From NCBI GenBank assembly GCA_963707915.1, contig OY970178.1, forward strand, positions 2,400,001-2,464,000: a stretch of DNA of 64,000 nucleotides, written 5' to 3'. The notes below the pieces were generated by a model. That model had not been told where the DNA came from. It saw only the letters and a program-made list of their open reading frames with translations, and searched no databases. How positions within the stretch are numbered: the stretch's first letter is position 1; every line of letters starts with the position of its first letter. Position numbers and translations under genes: made by a program. This DNA is from Candidatus Eiseniibacteriota bacterium (GTDB taxonomy: Bacteria; Eisenbacteria; RBG-16-71-46). Of the stretch, positions 53,103 through 64,000 are shown in pieces.

Positions 53103-55709
53103 ATGAGAAGGTCTCGAAGACCCGCCGCCCCGGCGAGCAGCCCCACGCCCGCGGCGGCCCGCGGTCGGAGCGCATCTGCACCGGTCCCCACCACGCCGCC
53201 CGCCGTCGCGCCGCGCCGCGCCACGCTCCTCGCGGTGCTGGCGGTCGTCGCGGCGCTCGCGCTGACGCTGGCCTGGATCGGGTGGAAGGCGCTGCGCGAC
53301 CCCGACGTCTCCTTCCTGAGCGCGTCCCCGGGGGCCGAGTGGATCGTCTACCCGTCCCCGGCCAATCCGACCCTGCACCCGGCCACCGGCTGGGGCGCGG
53401 TGTTCGTGCGCTCGTTCCCGCTCGCCGACTTCCCACCGTCAGCGGAGTTGCGGATCCGGGCGTGCCGCCGGTTCCAGCTCACCGTCAACGGCCAGCCCGT
53501 GCTCCGGAGCGACGACGAGAGCTCGTGGAAGCGCGAGCGCCGCGTGGACGTCACCGGCCTGCTGCGCGCCGGAGAGAACCGGATCGAGGTCTTCGCCGCC
53601 AATCGCCTGGGCCCGCCCGCGCTCTGGCTGCGGCTGGTCCTGCCCGGCCAGACCATCGGCACCGACCCGCGCTGGGAGGCCTCGTGGGCGGGGGCGTCAT
53701 GGGTGCACGCGGCCCGGGCGGATGCCCGCGCGGGCTCCCGCTGGTTCACGCCGGACGGACCGCCCCGCTCTCCCGTGGACGCATTGCTGGCCCGCCGCGG
53801 GACCGTCGCGCTACTGGCCCTGCTCTCCGCCGCGATCGTCGCGCTCGGCGGCCTGTGGATCCGCAGGCAGCGTGAACGGACGGTCGGGGCGCTGTCCTCC
53901 CGTTGGGCTCCCTGGGTCGTGCTGGGGGTCGCGGCGGCCGCCTGGGCCGCCTTGTTCGTCAACGACGCCCGCTGGCTGAGCGTCGGGGCCGGGTTCGATG
54001 CGCAGGGGCACCTCGACTACATCCGGTACATCATCGAGCACCACTCGCTGCCGCCCGCCGACCAGGGCTGGCAGACGCACCAGCCGCCGCTCTACTACCT
54101 CATCGCGGCGCTGGTGCTCGGCGCCGCGGGGCTGACGGTCCCCGGGCCGGATGCGGCGGCCGTGCTCCGCGGGCTCGGACTGCTCTACGGCGTGGCCAAC
54201 CTCGTCCTGATCGGCGCCGCGCTGCGCCTCGTGTTCCCCGCGCACCCCCGGCGGCAGCTCCTCGGCCTGCTCGTCGCGACGTTCCTGCCGATGTCGCTCA
54301 CCCTCTACCAGCTCCCGACCAACGAGGTCCTGGCCGCCACGTTGTCGAGCGCGGTGCTGCTGGTGACGCTGCTGGCCTTGCGCAGCGACCTGCCGTCCTT
54401 CCGGCTCCACGCGCTGCTCGGGCTCTGCATGGGCCTGGCGCTCATGGCCAAGTTCTCCGCCCTCCTCGTGGTCTTCGTCGCGCTGGGCGTGCTCGCCGCG
54501 CGCCTGGTGGCTCGCCCGCGCCCGGTCGTGCTTCGCGGGCTGGTGGGACTCGGTCTCGTCGTGGGCCTCGCGATCGCGATTGCGGGGCGGCACTACGGCG
54601 CGACCTGGCTGCGTGCCATCGCGCCCCTGCTCGGGAGCTCAGACCCGAGCACGGGGCCACGGTGGTGGCAGGACCCGGGCTATCGAACGGCACACGACTT
54701 CCTGGTCTTCGGCCGGGCGTTCTCTGCTCCGTTCTACTCGGCCCTGACCGGGATCTGGGACGGGCTCTACACGACGCTCTGGGGCGACGGGTCATGCTCG
54801 GGCCAGGCTGTGTTCTGGACCGCGCCTCCCTGGTGCTCGGACCTCATGTCCGCGGGATACCTGCTGGCGACGATCCCCGCGCTGGCGATGGCGGTCGGCG
54901 CTGTCGTGTTCCTCGTCCGGTGGATCCGGCTTCCAAACCTTCGGGACACCGCCATCCTGGGCACGGCGTTCGCGGCCTTCGCGGCCGTCGTCTTCATGGC
55001 GCTCCAGGTGCCCTACTACGGGATGGTCAAGGCGTTCTACGGCGTGAGCGCGTTGCTGCCACTGTGCGTGTTCGCCGGCCTCGGCCTGGACCTCGCGATG
55101 GCGCGTGCCGGGCGGGCGGCGCCGCTGCTCATGGTCCTGCTCGGCACCTGGGCGCTGATGTCCTACGGGAGCCTTTGGCTCGGTGCCCGCTCTCCGCGGG
55201 CGCTCGCGTTCAGCGCCGAGTCCGCGTTCCTGGGAGGCGACGATCGCGCGGGGGCCCGCCTGCTGAAGCGAGCGATCGCGCAGGACCCGGCCGACTGGAA
55301 CGCCCGGAACCGACTGGCGCGATACATGGTCCGCCAGGGCGCGTCCCGGCAGGAGGTGCGGGCCTTGTTCGAGGCGGACCCCGGTCCCGGTCCCGACCTG
55401 ATGGTCCGGCACGCGGCCTTCGGCCAGATCGCCGTCGGGGACGGCGATCTCGATCGTGCGGTCGCGGAAGCCGGCAAGGCCATCGCGCTGAACCCCGACA
55501 TGCCGGAGGGCTACCTGCTGGAGGCGCAGGCCCGGGAAGCGCGCGCCGAGACGCAGAAGGCGATCGCGGCCTGGCGCGAGGTGCTGCGCATCGATCCCTT
55601 CAATTTCATGGCGCACCAGGCGCTGGGCCGGCTCCTCGCCCGCAGCGGAGCCCCCGACTCGGTGGTCCACCAGCGGTTCGCCGCGCGCCTCGGCGGAGAG
55701 TCCCGCTAG
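53103..55709 (+). CDS. GT-C (PMT-like) membrane glycosyltransferase with N-terminal sugar-binding-like domain and C-terminal TPRs
   Basis: VDVTGLLRAGENRIEV domain; DAQGHLDYI...HQPPLYY; GLALMAKFS; TPRs. Confidence 0.78.
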   Translation: MRRSRRPAAPASSPTPAAARGRSASAPVPTTPPAVAPRRATLLAVLAVVAALALTLAWIGWKALRDPDVSFLSASPGAEWIVYPSPANPTLHPATGWGAVFVRSFPLADFPPSAELRIRACRRFQLTVNGQPVLRSDDESSWKRERRVDVTGLLRAGENRIEVFAANRLGPPALWLRLVLPGQTIGTDPRWEASWAGASWVHAARADARAGSRWFTPDGPPRSPVDALLARRGTVALLALLSAAIVALGGLWIRRQRERTVGALSSRWAPWVVLGVAAAAWAALFVNDARWLSVGAGFDAQGHLDYIRYIIEHHSLPPADQGWQTHQPPLYYLIAALVLGAAGLTVPGPDAAAVLRGLGLLYGVANLVLIGAALRLVFPAHPRRQLLGLLVATFLPMSLTLYQLPTNEVLAATLSSAVLLVTLLALRSDLPSFRLHALLGLCMGLALMAKFSALLVVFVALGVLAARLVARPRPVVLRGLVGLGLVVGLAIAIAGRHYGATWLRAIAPLLGSSDPSTGPRWWQDPGYRTAHDFLVFGRAFSAPFYSALTGIWDGLYTTLWGDGSCSGQAVFWTAPPWCSDLMSAGYLLATIPALAMAVGAVVFLVRWIRLPNLRDTAILGTAFAAFAAVVFMALQVPYYGMVKAFYGVSALLPLCVFAGLGLDLAMARAGRAAPLLMVLLGTWALMSYGSLWLGARSPRALAFSAESAFLGGDDRAGARLLKRAIAQDPADWNARNRLARYMVRQGASRQEVRALFEADPGPGPDLMVRHAAFGQIAVGDGDLDRAVAEAGKAIALNPDMPEGYLLEAQAREARAETQKAIAAWREVLRIDPFNFMAHQALGRLLARSGAPDSVVHQRFAARLGGESR

Positions 55710-55957
55710 GAGCCGGGCGGGATATTCGAGCAGAGGTCGATCTCTGCACGAGCGACCCAGGGCGATTCGAGAGCGTCGACCCTGCGGCGTCTGTGGCGGT
55801 CGGATCCTCTCCGCGAGCATCCCTCGGACGCGGTCCTGTCCGCCGATGATGGGCGAAGTCGCCACCCGCGTCCTCGGTCTGGACCGTTGCAGGCGGGCGC
55901 CGTCGAGGACATCGATGTTGGCCCGAGGGGCACCCGCGTCCCGGGTTCGAGGTGTAG

Positions 55958-55981
55958 CCAGTGTGCCCGGTCTGAACCACC
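55958..55981. repeat. 24-bp direct repeat of the IS right end plus CC
   Basis: CCAGTGTGCCCGGTCTGAACCACC is also present at 57333-57356. Confidence 0.92.
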
Positions 55982-57354
55982 TGAAGCAACCGGGGACATG
56001 GGTGACAGGACAGACCGGGCACATGGGTAACACATTCTAGCTTCCATAACGGCGGCGACGACGTCTGCTCAAGGCAGGATCAACGATGGGTTCGAGCCGC
56101 CCAAAGTGGCGGGGTCCGCGGTCGGTGGCCTGCTTGAGATCTAGCAGTCCGATCGGCACCCAGCCGAAGTGGACACGCCACCGGCCATCGTCGCAGGGCT
56201 CGAGTCCGACCCGTTCGCCGACGAGGCAGTTGCTCACGTACCACTGCGTGGTGCCGAAGGTGATCACGCCGTTGGGATAGGCCACCCGGGTCTCGAAGTG
56301 TCGCGGGTACTCTGGTTCGGGGAGCTCGCGCGGGTACGAGCGAAGCGATGGGCGGTAAAGCGCGGCCGGCACCTCCTGGCCGAGCGCCTCGTGCGGCCGC
56401 TCCTGGTTGTACTCCGTCTGGAAGCGATCGAACGCGCGTTGCTGGGCGCTGAAGCTCGAGCGCGGCGGTCTGGCGGTCTCGGCTTTCAAGGTGCGATGCA
56501 TGCGCTCGTGGCGCCCGTTCTGTTCGGGACGACCTGGCATGATGCGTTCGGGACGGATCCCGAGTCGGATCCACCAGACCGAGAGACGCGACAGTCCGCC
56601 CGGGGCGAGCGTCGAGAACGGCGGCCCGTTATCGGTGCGGATCGCCCTCGGCAAGCCGTATTCGGTGAAAGCGGACTCGAAGACGCGCCGGACATGCTGA
56701 GTGAGCGGACGACGCAGGGCGCGGCAGCGAAGGAGCAGGCGACTGTATCCATCGCTGATGGTCAGCGGATGACAGCGTTCACCCCGGCGACCCAGCGGGA
56801 AGTGGCCCTTGAAGTCGGCACACCAGACGGCGTTGGGTGCGTCGTACTGCCGCAGCCGGTCCCCGTACGGTGAGCTGCGCCGGACTCGCCGGCGCGGGCG
56901 AACCAGTCCGCTGCGCCTCAGGATGTCGCCGATCGTGCTGGCCGCCGGGAGCGCGACCGGCGGCCGTTCCCGCTTCAGCACCACCCGCACCTTGCGTGGT
57001 CCCCAACGCGGATGGCGACGTCGGATCGCGACGATCGCCTGCACGAGGTCGGCGGCGACGGCGTTGGGATGAGAGTGCGGCGCGCGTGAGATCTCCTCGA
57101 GGGCCGCGACCCCGTCGGCCTCATAACGACGGACCCACTTGTACCCCGTCTTCCGGCTGACCCCGAAGTCGTGGCACAAGTCGGAGAAGCTGGCCTCCGC
57201 CTGCAGGTAGGCGGCAATGAACTTCACTCGTTCAGACATCCAGTCGGTCCTCGCCCAGGGCATCGTGTGGTCCTCCTCGAACCACCCATGATGCCCGCGG
57301 GCTGTAACCCATGTCCCCGGTCTGATCTGTTACCAGTGTGCCCGGTCTGAACCA
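55982..57354 (-). mobile_element. IS481-family insertion sequence (~1.37 kb)
   Basis: TG...CA ends; each end carries two ACCGGG(G/C)ACA..GGT.ACA units, in inverted orientation (55982-56032 and 57303-57354). Confidence 0.85.
56037..57263 (-). CDS. IS481-family DDE transposase
   Basis: HTH GVSRKTGYKW; rve core WCADFKG, TDNGPPF, QNGRHERMHRTLK, YNQERPHEAL. Confidence 0.95.
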   Translation of the reverse strand: MPWARTDWMSERVKFIAAYLQAEASFSDLCHDFGVSRKTGYKWVRRYEADGVAALEEISRAPHSHPNAVAADLVQAIVAIRRRHPRWGPRKVRVVLKRERPPVALPAASTIGDILRRSGLVRPRRRVRRSSPYGDRLRQYDAPNAVWCADFKGHFPLGRRGERCHPLTISDGYSRLLLRCRALRRPLTQHVRRVFESAFTEYGLPRAIRTDNGPPFSTLAPGGLSRLSVWWIRLGIRPERIMPGRPEQNGRHERMHRTLKAETARPPRSSFSAQQRAFDRFQTEYNQERPHEALGQEVPAALYRPSLRSYPRELPEPEYPRHFETRVAYPNGVITFGTTQWYVSNCLVGERVGLEPCDDGRWRVHFGWVPIGLLDLKQATDRGPRHFGRLEPIVDPALSRRRRRRYGS

Positions 57355-57588
57355 CCGATTTCACTTGACAGGTTTCGGCGCTTGCGGCGCGTCACGACCG
57401 CCGGGGCGTTCGCGCGGCTCGCGAAACGCCGCAGATCGGACGGAGAACGGAGCGCGGGCGCGGGCGCGAAACCGCTCTCCCGCGACGCCTCGTTGTGCGA
57501 CCTGCGGGGCGCTGCGAGGGCCGAAAACGGGCATGATATGAATGTGCTCGTTCGCCCCCGTGACCCGCCCCCGCGCGGAGTCACGTCG

Positions 57589-58797
57589 ATGAACCGTTAC
57601 GCGCTCTCCCACCTGTCCGACCAGGCGCTCCTGCGCGAACTGCGGACACTCGTCTCCCAGGACCGGGCGACGACGGCCCTGCTCGTCGCCCACCTCGGGG
57701 AGGTGGACGCCCGGCGGCTCTACGCCGAGGCCGGCTACCCCTCGATGTTCGCGTGGTGCGTCGAGCAGTTGGGCTTCTCGGAGGACAGTGCGTACCGCCG
57801 CATCCAGGTCGCGCGCACCGCCCGGCGCTTCCCCGCCATCCTCCCCTTGCTCGCCGACGGCCGCCTGAACCTCACCGCCGTGCTCCTCCTCGCTCCCTGC
57901 CTCACCGATGCGGGCGCCGCCGAACTGCTCGCCGCGGCCGTCGGCAGGTCCAAGGCCGAGATCGAGCAGGAGTTGGCCCGGCGCTTCCCCCGCACCGAAC
58001 TGCTCCCGCTCGTCACCGCGCAGCCCTCCGATACGCCGGAGCAGGTCGCCGATGTTCAGTGTGACGCGACTTTACTCGCTCCAGAGCGAGTAAAGTTGAG
58101 CACCACGCAACTCACGCGGGTCACGCCCCTCGCGCCGCAGCGCTTCGCCGTGCAGTTCACCATGGACCAGGAGACCCACGACGACCTGCTCTACGCCCAG
58201 GCCCTGCTGGGCCACGCCGTGCCCTCAGGCGATCCGGCCGCCGTGTTCGCCCGCGCCCTGAAGGTCCTGATTGCGCAGCTCGAGCAGCAGAAGTTCGCCA
58301 AGACCGACCGGCCCCGCCGCTGCCGCGCAAGCGACGACCCCCGCCACGTCCCTGCGGAGGTGAAGCGCGCGGTCTGGGAGCGCGATGGCGGCCGCTGCAC
58401 GTTCGTGAGCGCGGGCGGACATCGCTGCGAGGCACGCACGCGGCTGGAGTTCGACCACGTCGAGCCGGTGACATTGGGCGGCCGCGCGACGGTGCGGGGC
58501 CTGCGCCTGCGCTGCCGGGCGCACAACCAGTTCGAGGCCGAGCGCAGCTTCGGACGGGACTTCATGGAGGCGCGGCGCGGGGATGCACGGCGTAGGCCGG
58601 CGGCCAAGCGCGAGCTGGCTCCGCACCAGGCCGAGCTGGTGCCCTGGCTACGCTCGCTCGGGCTGCGGGCGGAGGAGGCGCGCGAGGTCGCGGAACGCTG
58701 CGAGGCCCCGCCCGACGCCCCGCTCGAGGAGCGCCTGCGCTGCGCGCTGAAGTGCTGCGGCGGCCCGCGCACGGCGGTCACGCGCCCGGCGGCGTGA
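57589..58797 (+). CDS. DUF222-like HNH endonuclease
   Basis: HLGEVDARRLY...GYPSMF..C N-domain; VWERDGGRC...C...LEFDH...LRCRAHN HNH motif. Confidence 0.88.
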   Translation: MNRYALSHLSDQALLRELRTLVSQDRATTALLVAHLGEVDARRLYAEAGYPSMFAWCVEQLGFSEDSAYRRIQVARTARRFPAILPLLADGRLNLTAVLLLAPCLTDAGAAELLAAAVGRSKAEIEQELARRFPRTELLPLVTAQPSDTPEQVADVQCDATLLAPERVKLSTTQLTRVTPLAPQRFAVQFTMDQETHDDLLYAQALLGHAVPSGDPAAVFARALKVLIAQLEQQKFAKTDRPRRCRASDDPRHVPAEVKRAVWERDGGRCTFVSAGGHRCEARTRLEFDHVEPVTLGGRATVRGLRLRCRAHNQFEAERSFGRDFMEARRGDARRRPAAKRELAPHQAELVPWLRSLGLRAEEAREVAERCEAPPDAPLEERLRCALKCCGGPRTAVTRPAA

Positions 58798-59296
58798 GCC
58801 CGCACGCAGCCCGGCGGCACGGGAGCAGTGCTGCTCGCCCGACCCGAACCCCCGGATCGTACGCGACGCGGTTCAGTGAATCGGCCAGGCTGGCGTCCCG
58901 TTCGCGTCTTGAGCTGGAGGATGGCAGGCGAGAGGAGCGGGCACACGCCGCCGGAGCTGCGGACTCGTGGGGTGCCGGTCAACCCGGCGACCGGAGGCCC
59001 TGGACCTCTCGCCACCGAGCGCTTGGATGCGCTCGCTCCGGCACGGATGCCGCTCGCGTGCTCGGGGCGGTTTCCCGGCCGCCTCGCACACTCGCCACGC
59101 CTGCGGATGCCGCGCGCGGGTGGCCGGGGCCACGCTGCACGGCCGCAAACTGTGCACCTGCCGAGGCGGTCCGGCCCCAACCTTCCCGGCGCGAGCCCGG
59201 ACCGTGGCCGGGCCGGCCGCCGGTCACCATCGGGACCTGCCCATCCCACAACGCTTTAGACCGGCCGGACCGGCGGGGCATCACAACCATGGATCC

Positions 59297-59312
59297 CGGC
59301 AGACGGCTTGCA
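59297..59312 (+). promoter_or_regulatory. Putative sigma54 promoter
   Basis: CGGCAGACGGCTTGCA (GG-N10-GC with TTGCA), ~90 nt before ATG 59404. Confidence 0.55.
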
Positions 59313-59403
59313 TATCTCACGAGAGGGGACGGTCCTTTCCGACCAGGCCCCGGGCTTCCCTTCGGCCCGAGAGCACATCGCACCGCCCAGCGACGGAGGA
59401 GTC

Positions 59404-61239
<1,836 letters not shown>

Positions 61240-61324
61240 CGCCGGGCCGGGAACCAGGCGTCGGGCCCGGACCGCGGCCAGCGGCGCTCTAGGTGGCGGA
61301 CGGGACGACGGGTAGGATGGCGGC

Positions 61325-63484
61325 GTGAAACCCACGGTACGGGGTCCCGACCCACGGTCAGGTGCTTCCGCGTCCGGGATGGCCTCCACCGTTCCGCGCC
61401 GCCGGAAATGGCTTGCCGCCGGACTCGCCGTCCTCCTGGTGGCGGCACTGGTCTCGGCCGCGCACTGGCCGGTGCTGAGGGCGCAGGCCCTTTCGCTCGA
61501 CGACGACGCTTTCGTGACCTACAACCCGCTCGTCGGCCATCCCGGTTGGTCGTCGGTCGCGCGCTTCTTCCAGGAAGTGCTGCGCCCTTCCACGGTGAAG
61601 GGCTACTACCTGCCCCTTTCCATGACCTCCCTCATGGTGGACGTAGCCCTCGGCGGCCGGGCCGCCGATCTCACCGCCTTCCATCGCACGGCTCTCGTCT
61701 TGCACGCGCTCAATGCGGTACTGATCATGCTCATCCTCTACCGCCTCTTCGGCGCCATCGGTCCGGCAGCCATCGTCGCCCTTTTCTTCGGGTTGCATCC
61801 GCTCACCGTGGAACCGGTCGTCTGGATCGGCGAACGCAAGACCCTGCTGGCCACGTTCTTTGCCCTGGCATGCGTCCTGGCGTACCTCGAAGGTCTTCGC
61901 CGTGGCGGGCCCCTGTGGCGGACCGCTGCCTGGGCACTCTACGCGCTTGCGCTGCTGTCGAAGCCGACGGTGGTGATGCTTCCACTGCTGCTTCTGCTGC
62001 TGGACGCGTGGCCGCTGCGGCAGCTGCAATGGAGGACGGTGCGGGAGAAGTGGCCGTTCTTCCTTCTTTCTCTGGTCTCGGCCGCCATCACCCTCTTGTC
62101 GCACGAACGATCCGCCTCCATCAGGCCGATGGGCATGTCGGACTACCTGCAGTGGCCCGCGCAAGCGGGGTACCTGCTCGCGTTCTACCTCTCCAAGATC
62201 GTGTGGCCGGTGCAATTGACATCGGTCTACCCGCCACCCGATCCGTTCGGTCTCGCCAACCCAGTGGTCGCATTCGGCCTGGTGATCATCATCGCGCTCA
62301 CGACCATCCTCGTCCTGGTGGCACGGCGCGTGCCCGGACCGCTCGTGGGCTGGCTGTGGTTCGTCATCGCCATCATCCCGACGCTGGGCCTGGTGAAGTA
62401 CAGCTGGGTGATCGCTTCCGACAAGTACGTCTACTTCCCCGCGTTCGGATTCCTGATGGTGCTCTGTGCCGGGATCGGCGCGGTCTGGGACGGACGTCGT
62501 TCCTCCCGACTTGCGTCCCGGACCGTCCTGCTGATGTCTGCGGTGCTGCTCCTTGCCGCGGAGGCTCGCGGCGTGCGTGCGGCGCTTCGCCCATGGTCGA
62601 GCACCCTTGGGTTGTTTCATTACATGGAGAGCCTCGCACCGAAGTCACCCACGATCCAGAACTCGCTCGGCATCCTGATGATGCAAGCTTCGTCACCGGA
62701 CCAGGCCATCCCGCATTTCCGCCGAGCCGTGGAATACTCGGCCTATTTCCAGGAGGCTCGCTACAACCTGGGCCTCGCCCTGACCGCGAAGGGCGAGTCG
62801 GACGAGGCCATCCGGCAGCTTCGGTTGGCCTGCAGGCTCGTGCCTACCGATCCAGCGGCTGCCTATGGTCTGGGTGTGGCCCTGCGGCTCGCGGGCAGGA
62901 TCGACGAGGCTTCGCAGGAGTTCCAGCGGGCGCTCCAACTGGAGCCACGCAAGGTCGCGGCCTACGCACAAGTCGGCGACATGCTCGCGTTGGGTGGCCA
63001 CCTCGACGAGGCCTGTGACCAGTTCCGCCAGGCGATCGCGGTCGAACCGATGGACGCCGACCTGCGATTCAAGCTGGGAAGCGCCCTGGTGCTGACCAAT
63101 CGCCCGCAGGAGGCCGCCCGGGAACTGCGCGAAGCGGTGCGGCTCCGGGCCGACTGGGCCAAGGGCCTCAACGCGCTGGCCTGGCTGCTCGCCACCACCC
63201 CGGACCACGAATTGCGCGCGCCCGAGGAAGCTCTCCGCTTCGCCCAGAAGGCCTCGAGGCTGACCCGTGACCGGGACCCCGAGATCCTCGACACGGTCGC
63301 AGCCGCCCAGGCGGCGATGGGTCGCTTCGATGAAGCCACCGGGACCGCCCAGCGAGCCGTCGACCTGGCGACCGCAGCGCGCGCCAACGGGCTGGCACGC
63401 ATGATCCAGGACCGCCTGAGGCTCTACGAGCGGCGGACGGGCTACATCGAGGCGCCCGCACAGAGCTCCTTGCGGCCCCGGTAG
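61325..63484 (+). CDS. TMTC-like GT-C glycosyltransferase with TPRs (paralog of 45016..47310)
   Basis: LDDDAFV, YYLPL, LHPLTVEPVVWIGERK, SKPTVVMLP, SDKYVY and TPRs; alternative start at ATG 61379. Confidence 0.88.
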   Translation: MKPTVRGPDPRSGASASGMASTVPRRRKWLAAGLAVLLVAALVSAAHWPVLRAQALSLDDDAFVTYNPLVGHPGWSSVARFFQEVLRPSTVKGYYLPLSMTSLMVDVALGGRAADLTAFHRTALVLHALNAVLIMLILYRLFGAIGPAAIVALFFGLHPLTVEPVVWIGERKTLLATFFALACVLAYLEGLRRGGPLWRTAAWALYALALLSKPTVVMLPLLLLLLDAWPLRQLQWRTVREKWPFFLLSLVSAAITLLSHERSASIRPMGMSDYLQWPAQAGYLLAFYLSKIVWPVQLTSVYPPPDPFGLANPVVAFGLVIIIALTTILVLVARRVPGPLVGWLWFVIAIIPTLGLVKYSWVIASDKYVYFPAFGFLMVLCAGIGAVWDGRRSSRLASRTVLLMSAVLLLAAEARGVRAALRPWSSTLGLFHYMESLAPKSPTIQNSLGILMMQASSPDQAIPHFRRAVEYSAYFQEARYNLGLALTAKGESDEAIRQLRLACRLVPTDPAAAYGLGVALRLAGRIDEASQEFQRALQLEPRKVAAYAQVGDMLALGGHLDEACDQFRQAIAVEPMDADLRFKLGSALVLTNRPQEAARELREAVRLRADWAKGLNALAWLLATTPDHELRAPEEALRFAQKASRLTRDRDPEILDTVAAAQAAMGRFDEATGTAQRAVDLATAARANGLARMIQDRLRLYERRTGYIEAPAQSSLRPR

Positions 63485-63577
63485 GGACCGCGGGGAGATT
63501 CTTCGTCCCGGCCGGGCCCGGTGGTAGCCGGACACCGGACCAGGGGAGCAGCGGGGAGGGCTGCGCCCCTTCGCCCG

Positions 63578-64000
63578 CTACCGTCCGCCGCCCTTCGCCC
63601 CCGGCCCGGCGTAGTGCTCGCGCAGGCGGCGCGCGGCCTCGACCACGTCCTCCTTGCGCGTCGCGAGCGAGAGGCGGACGCGTTCGGGGAACGGACCGAA
63701 GGCGGTGCCCGGCAGCACCGCGACGCCCAGCTCGAGCCACTCGCGCACCAGGTCCCAGGTCGTGCGCCGCTCGAGCGCGCCCGAGACGTCGGCGAAGACG
63801 TAGAACGCCCCGTCCGGCTTCGGTGCGCGGATGGCGTTCAGGCCCTCGAGCCCGGCCAGGAGCGCGTCGCGCCGCGCCTGGTAGGCCTTGCGCATCGCGT
63901 CCACCGGCGCGTGCGGGCCCCGCAGCGCGGCGAGCCCGGCGATCTGCACCGCCGGGAACACCCCGTACGTGGTGAGCGCGCAGAGCGTCGGGCCCAGCAC
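63578..64000 (-). CDS. PLP-dependent aminotransferase class I/II, C-terminal part
   Basis: YQARRD, PDGAFYVF, GVAVLPGTAFG and VRLSLA; runs off the window. Confidence 0.88.
   Translation of the reverse strand: MLGPTLCALTTYGVFPAVQIAGLAALRGPHAPVDAMRKAYQARRDALLAGLEGLNAIRAPKPDGAFYVFADVSGALERRTTWDLVREWLELGVAVLPGTAFGPFPERVRLSLATRKEDVVEAARRLREHYAGPGAKGGGR

Noticed and set aside
55953..56032. Short spaced repeats resembling a mini CRISPR array
   Set aside because: They are IS terminal repeat units mirrored at 57303-57354; there are no unique spacers or cas genes.

Overview
A very GC-rich bacterial chromosomal window. It is most consistent with a diderm FCB-related lineage such as Ca. Eisenbacteria; this is inferred from a FlgD-type C-terminal domain and repeated TWGxxKxxYR tails. 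About 47 coding regions are supported. They include two ECF sigma factors, an Mre11/SbcD plus SMC-like ATPase operon, an nth-sppA-glycosyltransferase operon, outer-membrane barrels, a serpin, amidohydrolases, mscL, a glucan phosphorylase, an IS481-type element and a DUF222-like HNH gene. The main highlight is 36-63.5 kb: four secreted proteins share a C-terminal (V)P-x4/5-TWG-x2-K-x2-YR tail, three of them also share a long 5' leader and signal peptide, and they are interleaved with TMTC-like, DUF2723/TMEM260-like and PMT-like GT-C glycosyltransferases. This is a candidate protein sorting and O-glycosylation system. Also notable: an N-domain-less Lon with a degenerate ATPase but intact protease dyad, an ATPase cassette flanked by a 72-bp duplication of a gene 3' end, and an IS sitting next to a copy of its own end. 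Several +1 frameshifts in the first 12 kb are probably sequencing errors. Family assignments come from motif recognition only; no database searches were run.
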